From assembly GCA_943787795.1 (NCBI GenBank), contig CALSNU010000002.1, forward strand, positions 160,001 through 224,000: a DNA stretch of 64,000 nucleotides, given 5' to 3'. The DNA comes from an uncultured bacterium (GTDB taxonomy: Bacteria; Planctomycetota; UBA1135; GCA-002686595). The notes beneath the pieces are model-generated. The model saw nothing but the letters and a program-made list of their open reading frames with translations, was not told the origin of the DNA and made no database searches. This document shows, one piece after another, positions 19,153 to 29,542 of the stretch. Both the position numbers and the translations under genes were made by a program. Position 1 is the stretch's first letter. Each line of letters begins with the position of its first letter.

Positions 19153-20703
19153 ATGACGCCTGAACTCGCCATGAAGCTCCTGGCGGTCGGACTCTACGCC
19201 GCCGTCCTGATCGTGATCGGTTACCTCGCCTCCAAGCGTGTGAAGACGATCCGCGACTACTTCGCCTCCGGCAAGACCCTCGGGTTCTTCAACGTGGCCT
19301 TCTCTGCCCGCGCGACCGGGGAGAGCGCCTGGCTCCTCCTCGGGCTGACCGGGATGGGGTTTGCGGTTGGTGTACAGGCCTTCTGGGTCGTCCTCGGCGA
19401 GGTGCTTGGGGTCTGCGGCGCGTGGATGCTCATGGCCCGCCGCTTCAAGCGCCTGACCGACCGCTATGACTCCATCACCGTCCCGGACTACCTGGAGAGC
19501 CGCCTGCGCGACTCGGGTCACACGCTCCGACTGATCGCCGCCTTCGCGCTGGTGGTCTTTGTCCCGATCTACGCCGGCGCACAGGTCTTCGCCACCGGCA
19601 CCGCCTTCCACGCCTTCCTCGGCTGGAACCACTATGCCGGGGCCACGGTCGGCTTCGCGGTGGTCTTGCTCTACATCACCCAGGGCGGGTTCACCGCCGT
19701 GGTCTGGTCGGATGTCTTCCAGGGGAGCCTGATGGTGATCGGCCTCGTGGCCCTGCCCCTGGTCGCGCTCGCCCACGCAGGCGGATGGACCGAGATCGAG
19801 GCGGCCCTTCAGGCCATCGACCCGCACCTCTTGGCCTGGCATGGCCCCGGCGAAGACGGGCCGAGCAGCGGCACCTGGAATACGGCGAGCATCGTGACCG
19901 TCGTCGGCATGGCCGCGATTGGAATCGGCTTCCTGGGCTCGCCCCAGGTGTTCGTGCGCTACATCTCGATGAAAGACGAGAAGCAGATCCTGCCGGGCAC
20001 GATCACAGCGGGCGCCTGGACAATCCTCGCGGACTCCGGGGCCGTCCTGGTGGGCCTCTTCGGGCGCGCGCTCTACGAGCCGGCGGCGCTGGGCGGGAAC
20101 CCCGACAACATCCTGCCGGAGATGGCTCAGGGCCTGCTCCCCGCGTTCTTCGCGGGCCTCTTCATCGCGATGGTCCTCAGCGCCATCATGTCCACCATCG
20201 ACTCGCTGCTCCTCGTGGCCTCGAGCGCCGCCGTGCGCGACTACTGGCAGAAGTCGAAGAACCCGGGCATGGCCGACGAGCGCCTCATGAGCCTGACGCG
20301 CAAGGTCACCCTGGGGCTGTCCCTGGTCTCCTTCCTGATCGGCATCGGGATCATCATGGTCGACAGGGAGAACGGCGTCTTCTGGACCATCATCTTCGGC
20401 TGGTCGGGTATCGCCGCCACGTTCTGCCCGACCGTCATCCTGAGCCTCTGCTGGTCCCGCCTCACCGCGCTGGGCGCGAAGTGCGCCATGATCGCGGGCT
20501 TCGTGGGAGTGCCCGTCTTCAAGTGGCTCGTCCCCGCGCTGCTCGACCGCGCGGAGCTGCAAGAGTGGTCGGGATACCTCGCGTCCCTGGACGTGCTCCT
20601 CCCGTCCTTCGCCCTTGGCTTCATCGTCGCCATCGCGGTCAGCCTCTGTGACCGCAGCGGACAGGCACAGGTCGCGGGCGCGCTCGAGGAGCTCCGCGGG
20701 TGA
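19153..20703 (+). CDS. Sodium:solute symporter (PutP-like)
   Basis: SARATGESAWLLLGLTG, GGFTAVVWSD, GFLGSPQVFVRY, SAIMSTIDS. Confidence 0.9.
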   Translation: MTPELAMKLLAVGLYAAVLIVIGYLASKRVKTIRDYFASGKTLGFFNVAFSARATGESAWLLLGLTGMGFAVGVQAFWVVLGEVLGVCGAWMLMARRFKRLTDRYDSITVPDYLESRLRDSGHTLRLIAAFALVVFVPIYAGAQVFATGTAFHAFLGWNHYAGATVGFAVVLLYITQGGFTAVVWSDVFQGSLMVIGLVALPLVALAHAGGWTEIEAALQAIDPHLLAWHGPGEDGPSSGTWNTASIVTVVGMAAIGIGFLGSPQVFVRYISMKDEKQILPGTITAGAWTILADSGAVLVGLFGRALYEPAALGGNPDNILPEMAQGLLPAFFAGLFIAMVLSAIMSTIDSLLLVASSAAVRDYWQKSKNPGMADERLMSLTRKVTLGLSLVSFLIGIGIIMVDRENGVFWTIIFGWSGIAATFCPTVILSLCWSRLTALGAKCAMIAGFVGVPVFKWLVPALLDRAELQEWSGYLASLDVLLPSFALGFIVAIAVSLCDRSGQAQVAGALEELRG

Positions 20704-20855
20704 CAGCGACCTCGCTCCCCTGAAGGGGCGCCCGGCCCAGCGATCCGCTCGGAGCCGGGGTCTCAGCGGAGCGGCCTGGGAGTAGGAGTGGCGAGCCAGC
20801 TCCTTCCCAGCGCCCGCGTACTCCGAGGCGCGGCCGCCTTGAGCGTGCACCGCGC

Positions 20856-21698
20856 CTAGCGGAAGAGCAGCAGCGGCGCGTGGCAGCGCTGCATCATCTG
20901 GGTGGTGGTACTGCCGACGATGAATCGTCGCAGGGGAGAGTGGCCATAGGCGCCCATGACCACCAGGCCCACGTTGGACTCGGCGACGAAGGCGGGGATG
21001 GCCTCGTCCGGCGCCGCGTCCAGGTGGCGAGCGTGGGCCTGGGGCAGGTGCCCCTTCGCCCAGGCGAGCTGCTCGGCCTCGTCCGACGAGTGCCGCCCGG
21101 CCATCACGATGTCGATCTCAAGGCCGCTGAACAGCGGGGAACGGCCGGCAAACTCGATGGCCTTTCGGGAGCTCGCGCCCCCGTCAAAGGCGATGAGTGC
21201 CCGCTCGGGAGTGCTGAACTCACGGGACGCCATCAAGACGGGTCGAATGCTCTCGCGGATCACGCGCTCGACGCGGCTCCCGAGGTGGTTGGTGGCGAAC
21301 TGTGAGGAGGCCCCCCGCTTCCCGAGGATCACCACGTCTGCGTCAGCCTCTCGCTCAATGATCGTCTCGACGGTTCCCCCGTGGCGATGGGTGGTCTCCA
21401 CGGCCACCACGCCGGCCTCCAGCAGGTGCTCCCGCGCAGCAGCGAGCATGATCTTGCCCCGCTCCCGGGCGTGCTTGGCCTCGGCCTCCTCGATCTGGAC
21501 CAGCTCCTCGAGGAGCGAGCTCTTGGCCCCCAGCCCCACCGCGCCGCTGAGGTCATGCCGTGCGGAGACCGCGTCCTTGCGCTGGATGACGTGCAGGATC
21601 TCCACCGACGCCTCCAAGCGGCCGGCCGCCCAGGCGGCGTGCTCCGTGACGCTCGCGGAGTAGGACGAGGCGTCGATGCAGGCGAGGATCTTCTTCAT
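20856..21698 (-). CDS. Tandem universal stress protein
   Basis: ILACIDAS, VILGKRG...LGSRVERVIR, VVMGAYGHS...VGSTT. Confidence 0.92.
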   Translation of the reverse strand: MKKILACIDASSYSASVTEHAAWAAGRLEASVEILHVIQRKDAVSARHDLSGAVGLGAKSSLLEELVQIEEAEAKHARERGKIMLAAAREHLLEAGVVAVETTHRHGGTVETIIEREADADVVILGKRGASSQFATNHLGSRVERVIRESIRPVLMASREFSTPERALIAFDGGASSRKAIEFAGRSPLFSGLEIDIVMAGRHSSDEAEQLAWAKGHLPQAHARHLDAAPDEAIPAFVAESNVGLVVMGAYGHSPLRRFIVGSTTTQMMQRCHAPLLLFR

Positions 21699-21741
21699 GT
21701 GGAGGGGAACGGTGGAGGGGAGCCCGGCGGCGAGCTCCGGT

Positions 21742-23226
21742 TCAGTGTGCGGCAAGGGGAGCGTCGCTGGCCAGCTTGTCGTGCTCCGCGAACTGATCAA
21801 TCATGGTCGCGCTCGCCTCCGAGAGGCCCACGAGCTCCACCGTGGTGCCCTCGCGTCGGAACTTGACCACCACTCGGTCCAGCGCCGCGACGGCAGAGAT
21901 GTCCCAGAAGTGAGCCTCGCTGACGTCGATCTCGACGTGCTCGACGACCTCCTTGAAGTCGAAGGCGTTGATGAAGCGCTCCACCGAGGCGAAGAAGACC
22001 TGGCCCTGGACGATGTAGCGACGGCCCAGGCCGTCCAGGGTCGGCCGCGTCTTGACCCCGAAGAGCCGCCGGACCTTGCTGGCGAAGAACACCCCGCTGA
22101 GCAGGACACCGACGAGCACGCCCTGGGCGAGGTCATGGGTCCAGACCACGACCACCACGGTCGAGACCATCACGATCGAGGAGTGCGAAGGATGGCTCCG
22201 CAGCTTCTTGATCGAGGTCCAGCTGAAGGTACCCACGGACACCATGATCATCACCGCCACCAGCGCTGGCATCGGGATGCGGGCCACGAAGGGACCCAGG
22301 ACCACGATCAGGAACAGCAGGACGCTACCGGCGACGAGGGTGGAGAGCCGGGTGAATCCACCTGACTTCACGTTGATGACGGACTGGCCGATCATTGCGC
22401 AGCCGCCCATCCCGCCGAAGAAGCCCGTCACGAAGTTGGCGACCCCCTGCCCCATGGCCTCCCGGCGCTTGTTGCTCGGCGTGTCCGTGAGGTCGTCCAC
22501 GATCTGTGCCGTCAAGAGAGACTCGAGCAGCCCCACCGCGGCCATCGTGGCCGAGTACGGCAGCACGATCCGCAGCGTCTCGAGGGTGAAGGGCACCGAC
22601 GGGAGGGCGAACCAGGGCAGCGCCGAGGGCAGCTCCCCCATGTCGCCCACCCGGTTGACCGGGAGGTCGAAGCCGATGGCCACGGCCGTGAGCGCGACGA
22701 TCGCCACCAGGGGCGAGGGGATCGCGCGGGTCAAGAGCGGAAAGAGGTAGATGACGCCGAGGCCCGCAGCCACGAGCGCATAGGTCACCCACGTCACCCC
22801 CGTCAGCTCGGGGACCTGGGCCAGGAAGATCAGGATCGCGAGGGCATTGACGAAGCCGGTGATCACCGACCGCGACACGAATTGCATCAAGCGGTTGATC
22901 TTCAGCAGCCCCGCCGCGATCTGGATCAACCCCATCACGACCGTCGCGGCGAACAGATACTCCACGCCGTGGTCCCGCACGAGCGGCCCGATCAGCACCG
23001 CGATCGCCGCGGTGGCGGCCGAGATCATGCCCGGACGTCCGCCCACGAAGGCCGCCAGGACCGCGATGGTGAATGACGCGTAGAGGCCCACCTGCGGGTC
23101 CACACCCGCGATGACGGAGAAGCCAATGGCCTCGGGAATGAGCGCGAGCGCGACGACGATGCCCGCGAGCACATCGCCCCGGACGTTGGAGAGCCAGTCG
23201 CGGCGAAGCGACGTAGTGGTGATCAT
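21742..23226 (-). CDS. SulP/SLC26 anion transporter with STAS domain
   Basis: [54 protein letters not shown]. Confidence 0.93.
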   Translation of the reverse strand: MITTTSLRRDWLSNVRGDVLAGIVVALALIPEAIGFSVIAGVDPQVGLYASFTIAVLAAFVGGRPGMISAATAAIAVLIGPLVRDHGVEYLFAATVVMGLIQIAAGLLKINRLMQFVSRSVITGFVNALAILIFLAQVPELTGVTWVTYALVAAGLGVIYLFPLLTRAIPSPLVAIVALTAVAIGFDLPVNRVGDMGELPSALPWFALPSVPFTLETLRIVLPYSATMAAVGLLESLLTAQIVDDLTDTPSNKRREAMGQGVANFVTGFFGGMGGCAMIGQSVINVKSGGFTRLSTLVAGSVLLFLIVVLGPFVARIPMPALVAVMIMVSVGTFSWTSIKKLRSHPSHSSIVMVSTVVVVVWTHDLAQGVLVGVLLSGVFFASKVRRLFGVKTRPTLDGLGRRYIVQGQVFFASVERFINAFDFKEVVEHVEIDVSEAHFWDISAVAALDRVVVKFRREGTTVELVGLSEASATMIDQFAEHDKLASDAPLAAH

Positions 23227-23460
23227 CGGATCGGGGCAAGCGCCCACAAAACAGCGGCGCGCCGCCCCCGGGGACATCCCCCAGGCCGTGCCCGCCGCGA
23301 AAAAGCGCGGGGAGACTACGCGCGCGGCATCCCGGCCCGGGCCAGCAATCCGGTGGAACTGCGCGCTGCGGCAGCGCTGATCGAGAACGGGACCGGGCAC
23401 ATCGGAGCCCAAGCTCGGGAGCTGAACGGACTCCCTCGGTGGAGACTCACTCGCAGGAGA

Positions 23461-23550
23461 GGCCCGCTCAGCGGCCCTATTCACCGCTCCCATTCAGCGG
23501 CCCCATTCAGCGGCCCCATTTGCTGGCCCCATTTGCTGGCCCCACTCACC
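23461..23550. repeat. Degenerate 13-bp tandem repeat x~7 (GGCCCCATTCAGC / GGCCCCATTTGCT)
   Basis: Read directly; intergenic, upstream of sulP. Confidence 0.85.
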
Positions 23551-23667
23551 GGTCCGAGACCGAGGGCCGCTTCGAACCCATCCTGGGGGACTCCGCAGCG
23601 CGTTCCCGAGGGAGGCCCGGTCAGCGGGTCGGCGGGCCCAAGCCGTGCCTGGCCTGATGAATAGCCG

Positions 23668-23758
23668 CGGGGCGAGCACCGCAAAGGCGCTCGCCCCGTC
23701 CAGGCGGTATCAGCCGCTCAGCCGGTTCCCGCTCGCACCCCGAAGAGGCGCGAGGGGT
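23668..23758 (-). terminator. Two stem-loops 3' of the 23775-24755 gene (one with a cUUCGg loop)
   Basis: CCCCTCGCGCCTC-TTCG-GGGTGCGAGCGGG and CGGGGCGAGC...GCTCGCCCCG. Confidence 0.55.
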
Positions 23759-23774
23759 CGGGCTCGAGGTTGGC

Positions 23775-24755
23775 TCACTGGAACATGATCTCGTAGCCGT
23801 CCGTGAAGTTGCTCGTCGCCGTCCCGGCCACAGCGTCCCGGTACCACGCCTGGAAGCTCCAGGTCTCGCCCGCCGACACGGCGACGAACCCGTTGGGTTG
23901 CGGGATCTGGGTGTTGTCAGCGGCGAGGGAGATCTCACCCGTCGCACCCGAGTTCTGGATCTGGCCAGCGCCGACGTAGCGGCCGATCGATCCGCCAAGG
24001 CAGAGGTTGCCCTGGCTCCCCCCCGGGTTTGCAACCGCACCCTGGGTCAGGGACGTCAGAAAGAAGCCGAACGAGTTCAACGGGAGGTCGCTCGCCTCGA
24101 GGACCAGGTCGTTGCTCGCCACAGAGTTGGAGCCTGAGGCGCTCATGGTCCCGGCGACTCCGGTCGAGTTCACCACCGCCGTGCAGTAGTTGGTCCCGAC
24201 GCTCGGCGCCGACCCCGTGCAGAACGATCCGTTCCAGACTCGCGGGGTGAACACGCTCCCCCCGACGAAGGGGGCCGAGCAGCTCGACCCCAGCTCGATG
24301 GTCATGTTGCCGTCCGTGAAGAGCTGGTTGGCTCCGGTGCCGTTGGTGTAGGGGTTGCCTCCAACGGTGTAGACGATGGCGACGCCCGCGACACCGCCAG
24401 GCATGAAGTCAAAGGGTGCGACGAGCGGCACAGGCGTCGGAGTGCCCTGGCCCGCGGCCAGCGCGGTGCCGTCTCCCTGGGCGACCAGGGTCCATCCCGT
24501 CGGGTCCTGCTCGAAGCCGGCATAGCTCCCTGATCGGGTCCACACCTCCAGGTTGACCGGCGACCCGGCCGCCACGTTGAAGTTGGCCTCGAGGCTCACA
24601 ACCGTGGTCGGGTTGAGCACCGTGACATCCATGTAGTTGGCCCAGCCGGTGGCACCGCCGTTGTTACTGACGAAGGTGGTCTCGAGGCAGGTCTGGGCGC
24701 TGGACGCTGCGCTGCAAAGCACAGCGGCGGAGATCGAGAGGAGCAGTCGCTTCAT
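23775..24755 (-). CDS. Secreted protein with shared C-terminal NSTG/FQAWYRD domain (copy A)
   Basis: Sec signal MKRLLLSISAAVLCSAASSAQ; C-terminal ~145 aa homologous to 28454 and 39784 genes. Confidence 0.9.
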   Translation of the reverse strand: MKRLLLSISAAVLCSAASSAQTCLETTFVSNNGGATGWANYMDVTVLNPTTVVSLEANFNVAAGSPVNLEVWTRSGSYAGFEQDPTGWTLVAQGDGTALAAGQGTPTPVPLVAPFDFMPGGVAGVAIVYTVGGNPYTNGTGANQLFTDGNMTIELGSSCSAPFVGGSVFTPRVWNGSFCTGSAPSVGTNYCTAVVNSTGVAGTMSASGSNSVASNDLVLEASDLPLNSFGFFLTSLTQGAVANPGGSQGNLCLGGSIGRYVGAGQIQNSGATGEISLAADNTQIPQPNGFVAVSAGETWSFQAWYRDAVAGTATSNFTDGYEIMFQ

Positions 24756-25086
24756 GATTGGATAGACAGGTTGGGGTAAGGAAGACTCGTTTCACCACTC
24801 TAGGTACTTCCCACCACCTCGCTCGCTGGGCGGGCAACGAACCCGCAGCGATCGCTGCTCAGGCTCCTCAGAGCAGCTAACGCGGCGTGCTCACTGCCGC
24901 TGACCGGGGTCTTGATTCGGAGCACCCGCTGCCGGCTGAGTCCCCCGCTCGGGCCCTTGAAGGCCTTTGCATTCCGTTCCTGGCGAATTCCGGACGGGGG
25001 GGTACCGAGCCCCATGAGACTCGGAGTCCTGGGCGGTCGGATCCGTCACCTCGGTCGCGGGAGCAGCGTCATGACCCCGCGATCCG

Positions 25087-25710
25087 ATGACCCGAGCCCA
25101 GCAATTCCAGGACCACCTCTTCACGGAGCTTGCGTTCCGCGCGCGACACCTCAGCCCCCTGCGCCGGCTGTATCGCCAGATGCTCTCCGACTGCCTGGGA
25201 GAGCAGTTCTCGTTTCATGCCTCCCCAGGCCTGCACGCCAACATGACCTGGCACTACGCGACGAGCCCGCCCACGCTCGCCGCGTTTCATCGGTGCCTGA
25301 CGGACAGCGATCTCGGCGAGAGCCTCTCCATCGTCCACGGTGATTCAAGACTCCTCGCGGCCTGCTTTGTCGTCGTCGAGGGCGACACCCCTGTCCTCGA
25401 CTATCACGTCGACTACGGACAGGCCGAGATCCCTGCGGGCGTCACGGGGACCATGCTGACTCCCCTCATCGCCTTCGAACCGCCGTTTGGCCACCTCGAC
25501 TGCCGAGACGGCACGCGCGACTTCGAGTACCGCTACAAGGTCGGCGACGCGATCCTCTTCGACGGCAAGTTCGAACACCGATCACAGGCAGCTGGATCCG
25601 TCGCCAATCAGGCGCGGGTCCTGGTCTCCTGGAGCATCGCGACCGAGGACACCCGGTACAGCTTTGCCATCAAGCGGGTCATCGACAGTCAGATGCCCCC
25701 CCTCGACTGA
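25087..25710 (+). CDS. Hypothetical protein, possible 2OG-Fe(II) dioxygenase fold
   Basis: YHVD, TMLTPL, YKVGDAILFDGKFEHRS, RVLVSW. Confidence 0.6.
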   Translation: MTRAQQFQDHLFTELAFRARHLSPLRRLYRQMLSDCLGEQFSFHASPGLHANMTWHYATSPPTLAAFHRCLTDSDLGESLSIVHGDSRLLAACFVVVEGDTPVLDYHVDYGQAEIPAGVTGTMLTPLIAFEPPFGHLDCRDGTRDFEYRYKVGDAILFDGKFEHRSQAAGSVANQARVLVSWSIATEDTRYSFAIKRVIDSQMPPLD

Positions 25711-25807
25711 TCCTGAATCGGCGGCCGCCGCGGCCAGGCGCCGCTCCGATGGGGCCTCCCTCCGCAAAACGAGACCAGCCCCTCGAGCGCGGCGAGAGCC
25801 GCGCCCA

Positions 25808-25840
25808 GAGAGGACGCGGAGAGGACGCGGAGAGGACGCG
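25808..25840. repeat. 11-bp perfect tandem repeat x3 (GAGAGGACGCG)
   Basis: Read directly; between convergent genes. Confidence 0.9.
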
Positions 25841-25872
25841 CCCGCGCAATGAATCATCCCCCGTCCCCTCGC

Positions 25873-28305
25873 TCAGAGCGTCCGCCGCGCGCGTACGCGG
25901 CCGCTACGATCTCGAAGAAGAATGGTCTCGCCGATGGCGAGGTTGCCGTCGAAGGGTCCCACGACGAAGTGCCCCTCACCGCCCGTTGGCGCCACGGCGC
26001 GGCTGCGGAAGTCACCCGGGCTCGCGCTGATGAAGACGCGGCCCCCCGCCTCCACCACCGTGCCCGGGGGCAGCGTCATCTCCACGCCACCCTCCACGCG
26101 ATAGCCCGAGAGGTCCGTCGACCAAGGGGCGTCGTTGGTGATCTCGATGAACTCCTCGTCGTTGTTCCCCGACACCGGTGAGGCATCGAAGGCCGTGATC
26201 CGAAGGCGCGTCCGGCCTGACTCGGGCCCAGGAACAAGGCCCCCGTTGGCCTCGAGCTGCGACCCGTAGAGGTGAAGCCGTCGGTTGGCCACGTAGTCGG
26301 TGAGCAGCCGATCCTTGGCCTGCTGGAAGTTCCTGGGTGTTCCCCAGGTGGGCACCCCCCAGCGGGCCTCATCCAAGGCGACGTCCGCGGCCATCAGCGC
26401 GTAGGCCTCGTTGACCAGATCCTCGAGGTAGCGATCGGCGGCGGGGGTCCCCGGCTCCTGCAGGAGGTCGTCGCAGACCGTCCGCAGCCGGCGAACGTAC
26501 ATCTCCCGCAGGCGCGGGCTCTGGTAGATCCGATTGATCAACCGGTTCCAGAAGTTGTCCGAGGTGCGGTGCGCGCTGTCCCCGAACAACACGTGGCTGT
26601 ACTGAGGGTGGTTGTACGTGATCCGGTCGTTCAGGACCCCGCCCGACGGGTTGTAGTTACGGCCCCAGGTCAGGTCCTTGTCCCAAGGGATGAACTGCCA
26701 CTCGCCGTCCCCGTCCGAGTCCCTGTACAGGAAGTGATTCTTGTGGAGGTGATCGTTCTCGTGGATCAACCAGCACCCGACCAGGTAGCTGATCACCCGC
26801 GGCACATCGAGCACGTCAAAGAGGTAGTCCTCGATCCCCGCACCCCCCTGAACCACCGTCGAGACAAACGCCGTGAGGTCCGCGTTGTTCTCGTTGGTGC
26901 GGGTCACCTTCTCGACGCTGGAGGTCCCGCTGGTGAACGGGTTGTACATCTTGTACAGAGCCCCGTCCGGGTCCTCTCCCACACGCTCCAGGAAGAACCG
27001 GTCCAGCTCCTCCACGAAGGTCTGGACGGAGAAGAACTCGCCGTTCTGCTGGAGGCGCACCGGGAACGACTTCGAGACCAGCGCGCCCACCTCCTCGTAC
27101 ATGCCGTAGCCCAGGTATTGCCGCAGGTGAGCCTTGTCGGCCCAGTGAGTGTTGAGGTTGGCCTCGTCGATCGGCGCATCGAAGATGGCCAGCTCCGGGC
27201 GGTCGTCCGGGTTGAAGTCAAACTTGTAGCTCTTGCGCGGATACCCCGCCGAGCTCTGCCCGCGCCGGTTCACCTTGACGTTGTCGTAGAACTCGCCCTC
27301 GATCCAGACGGAGCAACGCGTCCCGTTGCCCGTGTTGGCGGCCCCGGGGTTCTGCACAAACCACTCCCAGACGTCCAGCGGGCTCGCCGCATGGCTGGGG
27401 TCCGCGACGACCGTCCCGAACCACTCGGGCGAGCCAAGCGGCTCGAGGAAGAGCGGTAGCGCGGTCGAGCTGATCCCGTCCGCCACCGTGACGCGGTAGC
27501 GGACCATGTCCCCGGGCCCACTCACGCCGGCGGGGATCACGCCCGTGTACACACCGTCGCCAGCCACGAGGTCGGGGGCCACGCCGCCATCGGTCATCGG
27601 CGCTGTCTGGACCCCGCCGTACATGACGCGGTAGTCCAGGTCCACGATGGGCGCCGAGGAGGTCGTCGTCGGCGCATGCACCGACACGACGAGGTCCTCT
27701 TGGTCAGTGGGTTGCTGGGGCGTGTGGGTGACACCCCAGACCGGCGGCGCGCCGACCGAGTTGGCGCCGCCCGGAGTCGGTGCGGTGAAGAGTCGCTCCA
27801 CGGCGAGCGGGCCGGGGTTGAAGGACAGCCCGTAGGAGACGTCCTCCTCCTGGGGTGGGTACTCCGGGGCGTACTCCGTGACGATCGAGCCTGTCGAGTT
27901 CACCAGGGCGAGGTACTCCCCGCCGCCAGAGAGCTTGAAGTTGGTATGCAGGGGGCCGGCAGGGTCCCGGCGATCCTTGTCCGAGGCGAAGACCACGAGG
28001 TACCCCCCGTCCGGGAGCACGGTCCCGGGCCCAAAGACCCAGAGGGCGAGATCGCCTGAGTCGTCGGTCAGCGCCCAGCCAGACAGGTCCACCGCACCGG
28101 CCCCGGGGACGTTGTGGATCTCGATCCAGTCCGGCCGGTCACCATCCTCGTCCTCGAGCCCGCCGTCGTTGCGGGCGAGAAACTCGGTGAGGGCAGGGCC
28201 CGCTCCGAGCGCGGCGCCAGACGATTGGCTGAAGGCCAGAGCCTGGTCGGAGAAGAACGAGACGGTCAGGAGGCCGACGGCGAGGAGCGTTTGGATGAGG
28301 CGCAT
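25873..28305 (-). CDS. Secreted CotH-kinase-family protein with N- and C-terminal lamin-tail domains
   Basis: TEFLARN...DWIEIHN, HTNFKLSGGGEYLAL, RGQSS...RKSYK, DHLHKNHFLYRD, IPWDKDLTWG, EFIEITN. Confidence 0.88.
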   Translation of the reverse strand: MRLIQTLLAVGLLTVSFFSDQALAFSQSSGAALGAGPALTEFLARNDGGLEDEDGDRPDWIEIHNVPGAGAVDLSGWALTDDSGDLALWVFGPGTVLPDGGYLVVFASDKDRRDPAGPLHTNFKLSGGGEYLALVNSTGSIVTEYAPEYPPQEEDVSYGLSFNPGPLAVERLFTAPTPGGANSVGAPPVWGVTHTPQQPTDQEDLVVSVHAPTTTSSAPIVDLDYRVMYGGVQTAPMTDGGVAPDLVAGDGVYTGVIPAGVSGPGDMVRYRVTVADGISSTALPLFLEPLGSPEWFGTVVADPSHAASPLDVWEWFVQNPGAANTGNGTRCSVWIEGEFYDNVKVNRRGQSSAGYPRKSYKFDFNPDDRPELAIFDAPIDEANLNTHWADKAHLRQYLGYGMYEEVGALVSKSFPVRLQQNGEFFSVQTFVEELDRFFLERVGEDPDGALYKMYNPFTSGTSSVEKVTRTNENNADLTAFVSTVVQGGAGIEDYLFDVLDVPRVISYLVGCWLIHENDHLHKNHFLYRDSDGDGEWQFIPWDKDLTWGRNYNPSGGVLNDRITYNHPQYSHVLFGDSAHRTSDNFWNRLINRIYQSPRLREMYVRRLRTVCDDLLQEPGTPAADRYLEDLVNEAYALMAADVALDEARWGVPTWGTPRNFQQAKDRLLTDYVANRRLHLYGSQLEANGGLVPGPESGRTRLRITAFDASPVSGNNDEEFIEITNDAPWSTDLSGYRVEGGVEMTLPPGTVVEAGGRVFISASPGDFRSRAVAPTGGEGHFVVGPFDGNLAIGETILLRDRSGRVRARRTL

Positions 28306-28453
28306 GGTGGTTGATCCAGGGATGTCTCGATCATGGCACGGCCAGGTCGAGAGCGCCGCGCTGAAGGCCACTTCCGAGCGAGAATGAGAGGTCCCGTGCT
28401 ACCTTGGGAACAAGCCGAGCGGACGTCTTCGATCCCCCCCCGCCGCTGATCCC

Positions 28454-29533
28454 ATGCGCGCCTCCACCAACATCATCCTGTGGGCCTGCGGCCTCTTTGT
28501 CGCACCCTCGGCCACCGCACAAGTCGGGCTCAACCTCGACTTTGGACCGTCCGACGTGCACGGCACCCCGGGCCCAAGCGAGGGCGCCGCGGCCCAGGTC
28601 GGTGGCGCGTGGAACGGCGTCGACACGGACGCCCTCTCCGGCGGCACGTTCCCGGTCACGATCGCAGGGCTCGTGGACACGAGCGGCGTACCGACCCCTG
28701 TCACCCTGGTCATCAACGACCTCGGCACCGGGCTCCAGAGCTTCCTCTACGACGACCCCGCCACCGTCGGAGGCGACGACGCGCTCCTCGACGACCTCGC
28801 CTTCTTCGGGGGCGCGGCCACCCTCGAGATCCGGGGGCTCGCCGCGGGCCAGTACGACATCTTCACCTACGCCGCCGTCCCGAGCGGCGCCGACCACCGG
28901 ACCCGCGTCCGGATCCCGAGCTCGTCCGACCCTATTCAGACGGTGGGCGGCGACTTCTCTGGCGGGTACCAGGCTGGGGTGACTCACGCCCGGCACGCGG
29001 TCAACGTCGCGCCTGGCAGCGCCGTCACCCTCCAGCTCAACGTCGCGGCAGAGTTCATGTCACTCAACGGGATCCAGGTGGTTCCGTTCGGTGCCACGGG
29101 CGACCTCGGCGCCCGCTACTGCACACCGGGGGCGACCAACTCCACGGGCTTCCCCGGCGAGGTCTCTGCCTTCGGGAGCCCCCGCCGCGTCGACAACGAC
29201 GTCGCGCTCACCGCGAGTTCGCTCCCGACCAACACCTTCGGCTTCTTTCTGACCAGCCAGGATCAGGGCTTCACCGCCACCCCTGGCGGGAGCCTGGGCA
29301 ACCTGTGCCTGGGAGGCGCCATCGGGCGCTACGTCGGAGCGGGTCAGATCCTCAACTCCGGCACCAACGGATCCTTCACCCTCCCCCTCGATCTCGCGGC
29401 CACGCCGACACCCACCGGGCTCGTGTCCATCACCGCGGGCGAGGCCTGGAACTTCCAGGCCTGGTATCGGGACTCGCTCCTCGGCATCCCGCTCTCCAAC
29501 CTGACGGACGCGCTGGTCCTCACTCTGCTCTGA
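28454..29533 (+). CDS. Secreted protein with shared C-terminal NSTG/FQAWYRD domain (copy B)
   Basis: Sec signal ending ATAQ; YC...NSTG...GFFLTS...NLCLGGAIGRYVG...WNFQAWYRD...SNLTD. Confidence 0.9.
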   Translation: MRASTNIILWACGLFVAPSATAQVGLNLDFGPSDVHGTPGPSEGAAAQVGGAWNGVDTDALSGGTFPVTIAGLVDTSGVPTPVTLVINDLGTGLQSFLYDDPATVGGDDALLDDLAFFGGAATLEIRGLAAGQYDIFTYAAVPSGADHRTRVRIPSSSDPIQTVGGDFSGGYQAGVTHARHAVNVAPGSAVTLQLNVAAEFMSLNGIQVVPFGATGDLGARYCTPGATNSTGFPGEVSAFGSPRRVDNDVALTASSLPTNTFGFFLTSQDQGFTATPGGSLGNLCLGGAIGRYVGAGQILNSGTNGSFTLPLDLAATPTPTGLVSITAGEAWNFQAWYRDSLLGIPLSNLTDALVLTLL

Positions 29534-29542
29534 CCCCTCCCC

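Noticed and set aside
18904..20850. N-terminal 649 aa of the 1113-aa ORF, suggesting a giant decarboxylase fusion
   Set aside because: It is the antisense of the SSS transporter; decarboxylase similarity begins at ATG 18903
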